DNA of 64,000 nt from Owenia fusiformis (GCA_903813345.2 CAIIXF020000001.1:6324001-6388000), one strand, 5' to 3'. Shown: positions 27,801 to 40,224, counted from the stretch's first letter. Made by a program: numbers and translations. The notes: generated by a model from the sequence alone, not told the origin.

Positions 27801-30800
27801 TCTACAAGTTTCCAGGAGTTCCTATCTGACCTTAGTTTTGAAATTTGACCTTCAGTGACCTTACGAAAAGTCAAATATTGATTTCTTGGATTCATTAATC
27901 ACAAGAGACCTACTGAGCTCTGTAAAAGTAAAGTTTTCAATGTCAAGGTCATCAAACTAGGTCACAAACTGTGCTGATTGTGCAAATCAATATTTTGGGT
28001 TGAAAGTCAGGATATACATTTCTCTATCCTCCGATCACAGGGCTTCAAAATCCAGAATATATTCTTTCTTTTTACCCCCTGCGATAAGCAGTTAGCCTTT
28101 CCCCGATTAAGAACTCACAATCTGATTGGCTGTCGCAACACCGCGACAGAAATCATGTATAAGTCATTGCACATAATAAGATCACGTGATTCAGTTTAAT
28201 CGGGCGCTTCCAAATTGGTTATAGCAGGGGGAAGAAGGAGGTATGGATTCTGGATACCTGCTTAGGAGGATGACATTTCTCTAATAATAAAGGTTCTACA
28301 CTCTGTGAACACAGGTCCATGGGTCCTTCATGAAATGACCAATGAGGTATTGTTTACCAAAATCTGGCAGTAAACAAAATACAATACAATTCAACAATTG
28401 ACTATCTGCTACTAGATTTATCTAGCAAAGTTTTTTTTCAGATCAAAGTCAACATGTTGATTCGACACATGTGTTAAGCATGTCAAGCGACATCCTTCTT
28501 TGTGTAATGTTAATGCATAACGGCATGTATCTGCGAACAATATGTTGATGCAATTTTATTAAAGATAAGATTATACATGTACATGCTCTTCCTTCATGAC
28601 TTGAAAATGCCATTCTTTACCCCAAACCTTAGCAGTACTTAGAGATTGCGTTCAATTATCAGCAATATTGTGGGAAAACAAATTTTTCAATGTGGTTTGA
28701 CTCCCCCCCCCCTCCCCTCATCTAAAGAAGTTTTAAATACTGATTTGTCTTTCACTTGAATATTTATAAAATCAACACTATTCGCTAACGAAACCATCAT
28801 TTACCCCTTCCCCTGACGAAACTAACTGCGATCTGATGGTAATAGGACACCATTCCTTCTACAACGTTGTACATCAATTTCAGTATTGCATTCATACCTT
28901 TGCAAAGTCGGAAAGAAGACAGAAGAATCAATGAAAACTGAGTTGACTACTTTAATAGCCATTTACTCTCTCTCGCCCTAAATTGAATCATGAGGTGCAC
29001 ATTGATTGATTTGTGTGATTCCTGTCAGTTGGATTGATTGGGTGATTGATTGATTAATTCATTTGGTTGATTGATTGATTGATTGATAATTGATTGATTG
29101 ATGTATTGACATTGTGTATTTGCAGGACTAAGAGGCACACATATGCAGCACGCCTATGACTTCTATAAACCAGATATGGCTTCAGAATATCCTGTAGTTG
29201 ATGGGAAACTCTCAATACAGTGCTACCTGGGTGCATTAGATAAATGTTATAGTTACTACAAGGATAAATGGAGGGCAAAGAATAAAGGTATGAGACCCCT
29301 AAAATGGTTATGACCCATCTCAATTTGGAAGAACTTTGTTCTGGGCCCTTACCCTTGAAACACTCAGATGAATGTGTAGTAATTTGTATAATGGAATATC
29401 TTGAAAATTTGGATATTTTGAGCATTTGTCCATTTGTCAACAAAATACATTGTCAGATAAGAAAAATGAAACTTTGCAACACAGTTTAATATCCTGGAGA
29501 ACACTGCTATATAAACAAATAGACTATGAATTCGAGTAATTTGTTTTTTGTAAAATAAAACCAGGCTCAAAACTTAGTTTACAGGGACTAAAGTACATTC
29601 TGTATGTACAAGTTTAGGGTCCAGGTCAAGCCAACATTCTTTAACGCAATTATTTAAATTATTTGTAATTTATTCTACTTAATTCAATATCAATGTATTT
29701 AAAAATAAATTGATTTAAGTTTAGAAAATCATTTGACATTTTGATCAGGTCTTCTATTAAATCTTCTATCATATTTATTAATAGTAAAGAATTACAGCCA
29801 CTTAAAGTTCATAATGATATGATAAAACAGTGTCACTCTAGTCTCAGTCCTCTAATCTCTAACAACAAATTATGTTTTTAAAGGTACACTATCTTTTTTA
29901 TTTCATGTAATCTTATAAAAACCAATACATTGCATGTAATTAACACTCAAGTAAAGCAAGGATCTCTCTAAATCTCAGAGCTTGTTGAGTGTAAGAGCAA
30001 ATCAGTTGCTTCAGCAATATTTTGCAATTTTTTTTTTAAAGAACAAAACAGAGATGCATAAAGTTGAAATGATAAATGCTCAAATCTATATTAAGAGTAT
30101 CCAATATATTTATTAGATGCCCTTATGTAAATGTGGTAAAATGTTACATAATTAAAAATATTGTTTCTAGTTTAGGACACCTGTATCATTTTCAATAAGT
30201 TCAAAAATTGGATTAGAACTGAGTTCCAACAAAGTTTCTGCAGAAGAGTGATTGACAGCTGTAGCTGTAGTTTATTTTGTGTGAGATTAAGCAGATTTTT
30301 TAAGTCAAAAAGTAAATTGTACGAAATTCTTGATATGCCTTGGTAAAATGCCATGCTCCTTGCATTACCAAAATCAAACATTCCCATGATTATATGTGAT
30401 TGAAACAATGCGTTTGACGTCATTATGGCTGCAAATTGAGTATGAACATAATTTTGCAATTGTATACTATGGTCTATTCAGATTTATTCAAATCCCAGAC
30501 ATAACTGAGTATTATTGTAAACTTAAACATATGTTCACTACTTATTTTTCAGACAGTCAAACATTTAGTCTGTCAGACACTGATGCCATTGTGTTTCACT
30601 CCCCCTACTGTAAGCTAGTTCAGAAGTCCCTCGCACGTCTGTTCATGAATGACTTCCTTAGTGACCCTAGCCCTGACTACCAACACAAGTACCCTGGCCT
30701 GGAGGCATTCAGGTAAGATGCATCCTCATGTATGCTATTGTCTAAAGGGATAGGTGGGCATTCACCGGGACTTTGAACAGCTCTATCCCTTGGGTGAGAG

Positions 30801-33800
30801 GTGGATAAGTTGCTTTTTCAAACAAACATGTAAATATTTTTATTTTATGAGTTCAATGGTTTTAATACACATTACAAATTAGTATACAATTGATATACAT
30901 TTCATGAAGTTATGCATAAAGTAATAATTTTGAGGAAAATATTAGGCCAAGGATTTACTTGTGATTCTCAAAGATGGCAGGCTAGTATAAGAGCTTAAGC
31001 TAGATGTAGAGTAAAAATGATACCTTATACTTGTTGAAGTTGTACATTCTGTCTGAGTTGATTATAAGCCAAAGTATATAAAATCCAGAATCTGTTCTTC
31101 ACCGCCCGATGCAAAGTCGGAAATACTTTTGTGTTATTCAATTGTTGTTTCTCATAACTAAAAAAGTTGTTGAAACATATTTTGAAAAAGATTGAAAGGA
31201 GTTGGGTAAACTAGCAACAGAGAGTGCCCCAATTGAAGTGTGAAAAAACTTTTTTTAAGAATAGGAGAAAAAAAACATCAGAAATGCATAGATTGAAGTC
31301 TATATTTTTGGGTAGTATTTTTTAAAAAATTTAGAAAAAATTGTTACGGTGTCTGGAGACCTTCAAAGAGGGTGGGGGCCAGAAGGAAAAAAATTCACAT
31401 ATTTTGCAACCCTCTTGATGAATTCCAATTTACTCAGCTATAAATGAATGTTTTTGATTTATCTGTCCAGGATTATGTAAATATATATTTATTTGATCCA
31501 TACATACAATTGATTTAAACAATATGTACAGTTTAGAGGTAAGTAAAGCTTTGAAAGGACATTTCATGCTTAGTCTGGGTGACATTTTTATTCACTGGAG
31601 GTAGTAATCCTTTGAGTGTTTTCACATAGAGCATAACAAGTCTCCACTCTAATAAGTGCTTCTTTAGTTACATAAATGTTATATTGTTGCATACAAAGAA
31701 TAATTTTGATGGAGACTTATTATGCTCGATGTGAATTTTAGAACTTTATAGAAAATTTTGCCTGCCATTTTTGTTGATTATTCAAAATGGCCAAATGCTA
31801 TTCATATAGGCTTCGCTAGGCACGAGGGTTACAAAGCCAAAGAAAAACCCCTGCAAGGGCATTATAAAATTTTAGATGCTAAAATACCTGAAACATCAAG
31901 TGGTTATATGTGCACAACATCATAATCAGGTAGTTTAAGTGATGATGAGTAAAACTAATCAGAAAATGTTTCATTGTTATTTCATTAACAAGCCAATGAT
32001 GAAATGTGTTGAGATTTTAGATGTTTTTCACCTTTTAGGTGATCTCCAAGAAGTGATTATCTCCATTATCTGTACTCACTGTTTCCTAGACATTATCAGA
32101 ATGATTGATAATAAACTTAATAGTTGCTTTAAAATTATGTTGAATAATATCATTATGTTGAATTATAATATATACAGTGTGTGTGTTTAGTGTGTGGTTT
32201 TTAGCATACCCTATGTCGCTAACAGGAAGCAGGACATATTTCTCATAAAAAATAAACATTACTTTACGAGTCAAATCATGAAATGTACACTCTGAATTTA
32301 AATGAATTAAAAATAATAAAGTATTTTCATTATTTTAGGTACTTTTGTTCTCTTTCAGTGTTGCGTGGGAAGGGCGGAATATATTAATATAAATATCTCA
32401 TTATTGGCAAATTGCCAATTTACTATATATTGTAATTCCAACCTCTATGAGACTAAATTCCTACAGATATTTGTGATATTTTAACCAAAAAGGTATATTT
32501 TGGTAGAAAATAATGAATTTTTTAATTTGACCTTGACCTGGGGAATATGACCTTGACCTAAATTTTCATACATTTTTGAAACACATATATCACATAGATT
32601 AATAAAATAAAGAGAAAACTTGAAAATCAGGTGGGGCTTAAAATGGCCTTGTTTACCCAACTCCTTAGAGAAAAAGTTACTGCATGTGCTTTCATAGTTT
32701 GAAACTCGTCTTTGACATGTACCTTGGGAATACCATTTACTGGAGTGTGCCAACTCATGTAGAAATACTTTCATTTGCAAAAATGTGAAGTCATGTGACG
32801 ACTTCTTTTTCTTTTACCCAAATAAACGTGTCCACTTTATTATATAATGTCATTTCTTTTTTCAGAGATGTGAAGCTTTGTGACACTTACTTTGACCGTG
32901 ATGTTGAGAAAGCATTCATGGCAGCCAGTAAGGGTTCATTTGAGGCAAAGACCAAACCATCTCTCCTGCTTGCCACCAATGTAGGCAACATGTACACTCC
33001 TTCACTCTACGGAGGTCTAGTCTCATTCCTGGCAAGGTTAGTGCACTACGCTTAATAATGATGGTTAGGCAGGTAGAGTGTGTAAGCAAATGGGATTGGC
33101 CTCAGGTTATTTTCTTATTATCCTACACTTAGTGTACTAAATGTTTAATAACATGAAAAAATAAATTTGATATTTATTGGCAAAATGAATATCCGGAGGA
33201 TATCGTAACGATATACTCCGGGCGGAGGATATCGTGACGATATACTCCGGAAAACCCAGTATGCGGAGGATATTGTGACGATATACTCCGCTTGTTGATT
33301 TCCCGCCAAATTGACTCTATTTGGCACAAATTCATTTTACAATGATATTATACATTCAGTACACTCCTTGTAAGTGTAGGATAATAAGAACATCCTATGA
33401 TTTTTTTCAGAATATCATTTTAATCTACTCGGTGATATTGATATATGCACTCGTTCGTTTCGCTCTCTCGTGCAGATATCAATATCACCTCGTAGATAAA
33501 AATGATATTCCTATAATTATTTAATGAGCAAGATCATGTATCAAGAATAAAACTCATGAAAGAAAAGTAGAACTCGTTGTGAGTTTTGGAAGTTTTGTTA
33601 ATGTATATTCTGTTATGTACTAAACTCATGGGGTTTCTGCAAAGTAATTGATTAATTTAAGAGGTGTTGTTACTCCAAAGAACGTCTTTCACTCATCCTA
33701 GCTCCCTAGATCCCTAGCAAATAAACCGCTATAAAAAGAAGTTTCTCTGACTTTGGAAATATTGTTTCAGTCGTCCAATAGAGGGCCTAGTTAAAAAGAG

Positions 33801-35148
33801 GGTGCTGCTGTTCTCCTATGGTTCTGGCCTGGCCTCATCCATGTATTCACTGAGGATCACATCTGACAGGTTTGTTTGCCTGTTTGCATGATCAATATTT
33901 TGTTTGTTTTCTCAATATTGCCTCCTGATGCCATTGCATCTTTATTATGAATTTAAAATTTTTCTTTTAATATGATATTTTTGCATTTGAAATCATTATT
34001 ACAATAAGAGGAAAATATAACAAGGAAAATATGATGGTTGTGTCTATTGTGACCAAAGCATTCCAAGTGTGACATTCACAGGCCTACTATGAATTATGGA
34101 CCATATCCTTATTTATATCGCAATACCATGATATTTTACTTTCATAAATATAAAATATTCTGCCTCATAAATCCAGTAAATAAATAAATGAACATATATA
34201 TGCAATATGCAACATGTATATGCAAAATGTTGGCAATGATAATCTAGTTGGTTGGTTTGTTTGTTTTGACTATGCCACATCTACATGCTTCAGGGCTCCA
34301 GGGTCAGCTCTAGAAAGATTGGTGACAAGTTTAGAAGATCTACAGGCCAGGCTGGAAAGTAGAGAACAGGTGGAGCCACGAGTCTTTGAGAAAACTATGA
34401 AACTTAGAGAGGAGACACACCATTTAGGTATTTTTGGAAATTGCAGAATATGATATTTAATTCAGTATTAGAAATGACTGAAATTATAATGTATTAAGTA
34501 TGGCTGCTTATTCAAAATAATTGCAACTTTTTTATAAAAAACATAATTTTGATAACTTAAATACTTGCTGTCTGGTTTGGTTCTGATTTTATGTACTGAT
34601 GTCTTTTAAAATGATGTCATGGCGTGTCATTGGTGAAGATTTTGCCCAAAGAAGACAATACTACTGCCTGGTTAATTTCTATCATGTTATGTTCAAAGTG
34701 ACTAATTATTTGATAAAATATCACAGTTTTGTTCCTTGGGATTTGCTACTCCAAGTGTTGTTTTTTTACTGAAAGATGGCAGTGGTTTATTTATGTCTTC
34801 TCTTTCACATAGGAGAATGATTCTGAAATTACATTTATCGCAAAAAGAACTCTTATAACCATAATTAGAATTTGAACAAAAATTATTGAAACAACTGTTC
34901 TTTGCTCAGTTAATAGCTACATTTATCATTTCAAATTGTCACATTGCCTGCATTTATTATGGCCTTCATAACCTCATACATCTTTCTAATTGCAGCCCCA
35001 TATAACCCAGTAGGTTCAATTGAAGGCCTTTTCCCATGTACTTGGTACATCACAGCTATAGATGAAAAACATAGAAGACAGTATGAAAGAAAACCAGCCA
35101 TCTCTCCCACAGATGGAAGGCAGCTAAAAGCTACTGAATCAAAAGTTG
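18445..35148 (+). CDS. HMGCS1: Hydroxymethylglutaryl-CoA synthase (cytosolic type); exons 18445-18889, 19111-19236, 29126-29287, 30553-30712, 32866-33036, 33771-33869, 34294-34427, 34996-35144/35148, plus an uncertain last exon in 35407-36048
   Basis: In-phase GT-AG exon chain with hallmark motifs [26 protein letters not shown] (catalytic Cys), [27 protein letters not shown] (catalytic His), [26 protein letters not shown]; no N-terminal mitochondrial presequence. Confidence 0.97.
19111..19236 (+). CDS. HMGCS1: HMGCS coding exon 2
   Basis: 126 nt; [41 protein letters not shown]. Confidence 0.95.
20144..20549. mobile_element. Degenerate TA-flanked MITE
   Basis: TA|CTGTAAAT..TTTAATTTG and CAAATTAAA..ATTTACAG|TA. 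Confidence 0.55.
20738..21100 (+). mobile_element. Right-truncated copy of the CAGGCCTGTCAAC element found intact at 57740-58602
   Basis: Colinear similarity to 57740-57815 plus 58192-58570, including GAACACC/GGACACC subrepeats and a G-run. Confidence 0.8.
22550..22870. repeat. Diverged tandem repeat (cccattgtttacaa..tgtttgcaagttgg)
   Basis: Motif recurs at about 22567, 22659 and 22719. Confidence 0.6.
23473..23749. mobile_element. Small MITE-like element within a GATAT-rich repeat
   Basis: ATTTATCCCATGG...CCATGGGATAAAT termini. Confidence 0.5.
24570..25378. mobile_element. Old foldback element with long inverted arms
   Basis: About 24700-24905 is the reverse complement of about 25022-25210 (AACATGTATTGCATAATTCTG / CAGAATTATGCAATACATGTT; TATTAGCGAA / TTCGCTAATA), with weaker symmetry further out. 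Confidence 0.75.
28022..28272. mobile_element. Degenerate MITE in HMGCS intron
   Basis: ATCCTCC..ATCCAGAAT..CCCCCTGCGATAA versus TTATAGCAGGGGG..ATTCTGGAT..GGAGGAT. Confidence 0.55.
29002..29103. repeat. (TTGA)n microsatellite just upstream of an HMGCS acceptor
   Basis: Imperfect GATT/TTGA run. Confidence 0.8.
29126..29287 (+). CDS. HMGCS1: HMGCS coding exon 3 (after an intron of about 9.9 kb)
   Basis: ttgcag|..G|gtatg; 162 nt; [41 protein letters not shown]. Confidence 0.95.
30553..30712 (+). CDS. HMGCS1: HMGCS coding exon 4
   Basis: 160 nt; [18 protein letters not shown]; donor gtaag. Confidence 0.95.
32866..33036 (+). CDS. HMGCS1: HMGCS coding exon 5
   Basis: 171 nt; [12 protein letters not shown]...[17 protein letters not shown]. 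Confidence 0.95.
33194..33291. repeat. Three tandem 27-bp near-palindromes
   Basis: CGGAGGATATCGTRACGATATACTCCG x3. Confidence 0.8.
33771..33869 (+). CDS. HMGCS1: HMGCS coding exon 6
   Basis: 99 nt; [21 protein letters not shown]. Confidence 0.93.
34294..34427 (+). CDS. HMGCS1: HMGCS coding exon 7
   Basis: 134 nt; [23 protein letters not shown]...[10 protein letters not shown]. Confidence 0.93.
34996..35148 (+). CDS. HMGCS1: HMGCS coding exon 8 (3' boundary uncertain: 35144, 35148, or read-through to the stop at 35201)
   Basis: [31 protein letters not shown]; two weak donors, AAA|gttggt and G|gtgaac. Confidence 0.85.
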
Positions 35149-35367
35149 GTGAACTAAGTTTGAATATTGAAATTCAAATCAAGTCCAAATTATCATTATA
35201 ATTTTATAACATTCTGAATTGTATAAAGCATTGTATTATATCGAGAACAATGTTCAAATATTTCAATAATCAGGTGCACATTTTTCCTCTGCAAATACCA
35301 ACTAAACCTAAACAAAAATAATACATATTACTATTCTAAATAAGTGTGTTCATGTTTTAGTCTCTTT

Positions 35368-36016
35368 CAGTAATATTCTCATATTTTGTTTCTTTATGTA
35401 TTTCAGTCCCTTACTCAAAAAGGGAACACAGACAGTAATGTTCATATTCATTTCTTTATGCATTTCAGTCCCTTACTCAAAATGAGAACACAGACAGTAA
35501 TGTTCATATTCATTTCTTTATGCATTTCAGTCCCTTACTCAAAAAGAGAACACAGACAGTAATGTTCATATTCATTTCTTTATGCATTTCAGTCCCTTAC
35601 TCAAAAAGAGAACACAGACAGTAATGTTCATATTCATTTCTTTATGCATTTCAGTCCCTTACTCAAAAAGAGAACACAGACAGTAATGTTCATATTCATT
35701 TCTTTATGCATTTTAGTCTCTTACTCAAGACAAGAACACAGATAGTAATGTTCATATTCATTTCTTTATGCATTTCAGTTCCTTACTCAAAAAGAGAACA
35801 AAACTCAAAAAGAGAACACAGACAGTAATGTTCATATTCATTTCTTTATGCATTTCAGTCTCTTACTCAAAAAGAGAACACAGACAGTAATGTTCATATT
35901 CATTTCTTTATGCATTTTAGTCCCTTACTCAAAAAGAGAACACAGACAGTAATGTTCATATTCATTTCTTTATGCATTTCAGTTCCCTACTCAAGACAAG
36001 AGCACAGACAGTAATG
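35368..36016 (+). repeat. 62-bp tandem repeat, about 10 copies, each carrying a polypyrimidine tract, an AG and the start of the putative HMGCS terminal exon
   Basis: Unit cagtaatgttcatattcatttctttatgcatttcag-tcccttactcaaaaagagaacacaga; AG ends at 35406, 35468, 35530, 35592, 35654, 35716, 35778, 35858, 35920 and 35982 (one unit has an 18-bp internal duplication). Confidence 0.95.
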
Positions 36017-37419
36017 TACAACAGGCAGCCATATGAAGCCTCCAGCTGAAATGTAATCTCTACCTAGGATGTATTCATTATGATAGAAGCTCATAACAAT
36101 TAAATAAACACAAAATCGGATTTACCTCATATACATATTTGAGGCAGAGGTACAACTGGACTCAAAGTTTTATATGTTTATGTCCTGTTTGCCTGTGTAG
36201 TAGTTTGCAGTCCAATATACAGTTAATTTTAGTTGCCTGTGGTTGATACAGAATTAAGTGCGTGTGATACATCATTGGGACCTAGTCGGGGTGTTATATA
36301 AATAGGAGTAACATAAATCAGGAATTGTTATCTTCTGCACCATGGATATAGATCTATTTCCCAAAAATGTTTCCAAGAATTTACATTTATCATGATTCTG
36401 AATATGTTTGTTTCCCCTTCCAAAGTCTCAGTGGTAAAGCTGTACAATATTTAACTTAATGAATACTTTTGAACCTATACCCCTTGTTTAAAGAGACTCT
36501 ATACCATAGGATAGATACCTATGTTATACTGCATCTTTAACTACTTTATGGGAGCCTAAAATGACTTCTCTAACATTCTTTATATCCGATCCCAAAATTG
36601 AAAAAATGTTTCCTGTCCCAATTTTTGGGTACTGTGACACCCTAGTATTTCATGTTTTTTTATTGTTAAAGTATAATCTTAAGAATTATAGACTTGTTTT
36701 ATTTATGATACATTCTCATTAAATATTTTCATTGTGACATAATCTCGTTTTATATGACAATGTTCTAAATAAGAACCATTAATATACAACTTGTATATCC
36801 ATGATATGGACCACTGTGTTTGCAATGCAAAAGCTAGTGATAGTATAGAGATATGTTTTAGTATGAGAGTGATTGGTTGTGTTTTTTATTCCCCCTCAAA
36901 ATATAATATTTCCAGAAGAGATAAGGGGATCCTGGAGAAATTTGATACTTTGCAAGAAATAAAAGTAATTTGAAATGCTGAAATAAATTGTTTGTTCTTC
37001 CCAGTGAATTCCTCATATTCTGGTAATTCAAAATGGATAACGCATGTATATCTAATTTAATAGTATTTTCAGATTTATTTCAATAATAAAGTAAGATCAT
37101 TGTGTCTAAGAAATGGGGAATGGGATTTTTGGAAAACTTGTCTTCATGAATTAATTACTCGGAATTTATTGTGGGGAATGAATAAAGACAAATAAATCAA
37201 TAAATTATTCACTCATCATATGGAGAATTCAGATCTAAAGTAGAGTAACGATGTGCATGAGGAATAAAATGACACTTGTTAAATACAATAGCGAATTGTT
37301 TAGTTAGTTATGCACATACATATGTTTTTTCATTCCTAAAAAATAATTGAGCAAAAATATTATACATATGCCATTCTGATAATATACTACTGTTTGAACA
37401 AAAAAGCTAAAGAATCAAT

Positions 37420-39331
37420 ATTATGTTTATGTATCTTTATTTCCACCTATGCAGATGAGTACATAATAATTATAAAGTTAATGTGGCAATATTAAAAATA
37501 TAAAAATAAAAAAATATATATTTACAACGCAAACTGTGTTGATTTAATAGTTTATAGAGCTATAGCTGCAGCTCTTGTTTTTAACATGTGTTTGACACTT
37601 AACATTATCTTCACATACATTCTGTAGTCTAATGCTTCATTTTTTCCTAGTAAGACCTCCATTTTTTCAACCATATTATATCCATCAAATATTCTGTCAC
37701 TTAAAACTGCCAACAAGTCACACCTACTTTCATGAAGTTCAAGGCAATCTAAGAGAAAATGCCTTGTCGTTTCATTTGTCATCCCACACAGAGGACAAAT
37801 AGTGTCATAGTTGAGTGGGAAAGCACCTGTTAGCTGTTTTACCATATCCCTACACATCCCTATATATTTACAATTCGATTGACAGATTCTCCACCATACG
37901 CAAGGTTTTATCGTAACTTGTATCGTTCTATAAACGCTAAGTCTGTAAGATATGTTACATAACAAGTGCCATCTGTCTTCTTCATACTGCATTATGCGTG
38001 CTTTAACAATCCGTTTCCACGCACATTTGGGCATCAGGTCATAATTCAAAAAATATTCATCAATATATCGCCATAAATTGTATCTTGTCACAAGGTTCAA
38101 AACTGCATTTATTACTGAATAGTTGCTATACAACTTTGAATGTTCAGAAATTGACTTCCATCTAAAGAACTCAATTATAAAAATCATTTTATACACACAT
38201 GTGGTTGGTAGATTTAGGATACACCACAGAAACATTAACTTTTTTGTATCTATGACCGCACGAATCCTCGACCAGCCCAGTTGTGCCAAGGAAGCTTCGT
38301 TATGCACATTACATGGCAATTGTTGAATACGTTTTGCTATTTGTCTATGTGTCAATTCAAGGGTATCATAATCACATTGTTTCAATGGCAGGATATCCAT
38401 ACCGTATGTCATGGATGGTACCGATATGGACCAATATAAAATAGAGGCCGTCAATGGATTGTATTCGAAGGAGTCACTGCTGAGAAGCCCCACTCCCGCG
38501 TTGATAGCCCTTCTAGCCTTTCCCATTGCATTATCAATATGTTGTTTCAAGTTACCATTTGTATTTAAAATGAGACCCACATGTGTACATTCTCTGACAT
38601 GATCCATTTTATCTGGTCCAAGGTAAAAACACAAGTCTTTGCGGCCCTGTCTCTCTTTAGTGCAAACCATCAACGTTTTTGACTTCCCAGGGTGGAAGGT
38701 GAAACGCCATCGTGTACTGAAACGATATGCTATGTCCAGTAATGTTTGTAAGTACCTTGGGAACACAGCCATGAGGATCAGGTCATCGGCGTATGTGGGT
38801 GAGGTTACATTAATATTGCCGATTCTGCATCCAGCATTGCTTTGTTCGAGTTCCTTTAAGAGGCTATTTGTGAAACGCATATAGAGCATCAAACTACAGA
38901 CACCCCCCTGATGGACTCCCTGGTTAAAGGGGCAATAAGGACTGTAGAGAAAATAGGAAAGTTTTTTCATTTTTTCTGAGCTATCAAGGCAACATTTGGT
39001 TTAACATCTTCTTTGACATACCTATTTTCTTAAAATGTATGGATAAATTATCAATTTCAGCATTAAAAGTGTAAATTCAGTTCAAAGCTTCAAAAAGGGG
39101 ACTTCCACTTTTATATTTTTAAGATCCACCATGTTTCAAGAGGAATATGAGCTAAAATAATGTTTATCTAGGGGGTTTCTTTGTAGATAATAAAAATAGA
39201 TGTTAGTCTTGATGAAATATCCAAACTTAAATATATTTTGACACTGGTCCATTATCGTTGAATGACCCCTCTGCTCTAATTATTGCACCTTTAACGAAGA
39301 AAGGATCAGACATAGATTTTCCCACTCTAAC
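37420..39331 (-). mobile_element. 5'-truncated non-LTR retrotransposon (LINE): C-terminal RT plus CCHC region, interrupted by a MITE at 38928-39290
   Basis: Open frame with QGVHQGGVCS...TYADDL (RT core) and CPLC-x8-H-x4-C; short 3' UTR ending AATAAA plus an ACATA-like tail at about 37420-37442; no endonuclease portion. Confidence 0.92.
38928..39290. mobile_element. Non-autonomous DNA transposon with TTAA TSD (Kolobok-like termini)
   Basis: TTAA|AGGGGCAATAA...TTATTGCACCT|TTAA; excision restores the LINE RT frame. Confidence 0.85.
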
Positions 39332-40224
39332 CGGCCCTGCATTGATAATCCGAATACCAAATTTTCAAAATTCTCCATATTTTCCCCTTGAAACCTTGGT
39401 TAAAGAGTATTCTTAAACTACAGCATATATTTATGATTGATAAAAATGCATGTCGATAATGATTGATATTTTGAACACATTTTTGTGATTTGAACTAAGA
39501 GATTTTTGTTTGGTTATATATTTACTCTCTAATATGAATTTGCACACCTCAAATGTGTCTCAGTGGAACGCCCATGATCCAAGTTGCTTAATTGAACTTA
39601 AAACATCAGAACAATTAGCACTTTTTGTACAGCAAATGGGAGTTAAGAAGCGATGGATATAAGACTGTGTAATCTAATATTAAGTATGGTCAGCTTAAAA
39701 TGTGTGAATGGAAAAATCCTGTGAAAAGTCAATTGTGAGACACATTTTCAGACTAATGCAATGTTAATATTAACCAAATGTAATGATTTACGTTAAACTA
39801 TCTTTGCATAATGCAACGTCCACATCCACTTGTCGCCAGGTTAAATAACTCTTGCAAATATAGAACAATGTTATAATGAGTGGAAATCGCAGCTGAAAAG
39901 CTCACTTTTGCTTTCATTGTTTAATCTGTATGCGGCATGTATTGTATTTCACATAGAAGTGTTTGTGAGTGTCAACACTAGCTCATCAAACATTAACTGG
40001 CGAAGGAGATTAAAGGAATTACGTAATCCTTAAACTAATTTTAACCAACATTGTTCAACACCTAGAATTCTCTAGGTATGGAGGAATATTATGTGCAATG
40101 TATTTCCATCTTCATATGACAAATAGAACTCATGTTGTCCTATTTTTGTTAGGAACAGTGTGGTATGGCTGACCAGAGGCACATAATAATTTTATATCTC
40201 TGAGTTGACAAACAAATGTGTGCA

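Noticed and set aside
35368-36016. Possible CRISPR-like array (also considered for 40225-41320)
   Set aside because: Units are contiguous near-identical repeats without unique spacers; eukaryotic context and no cas genes.
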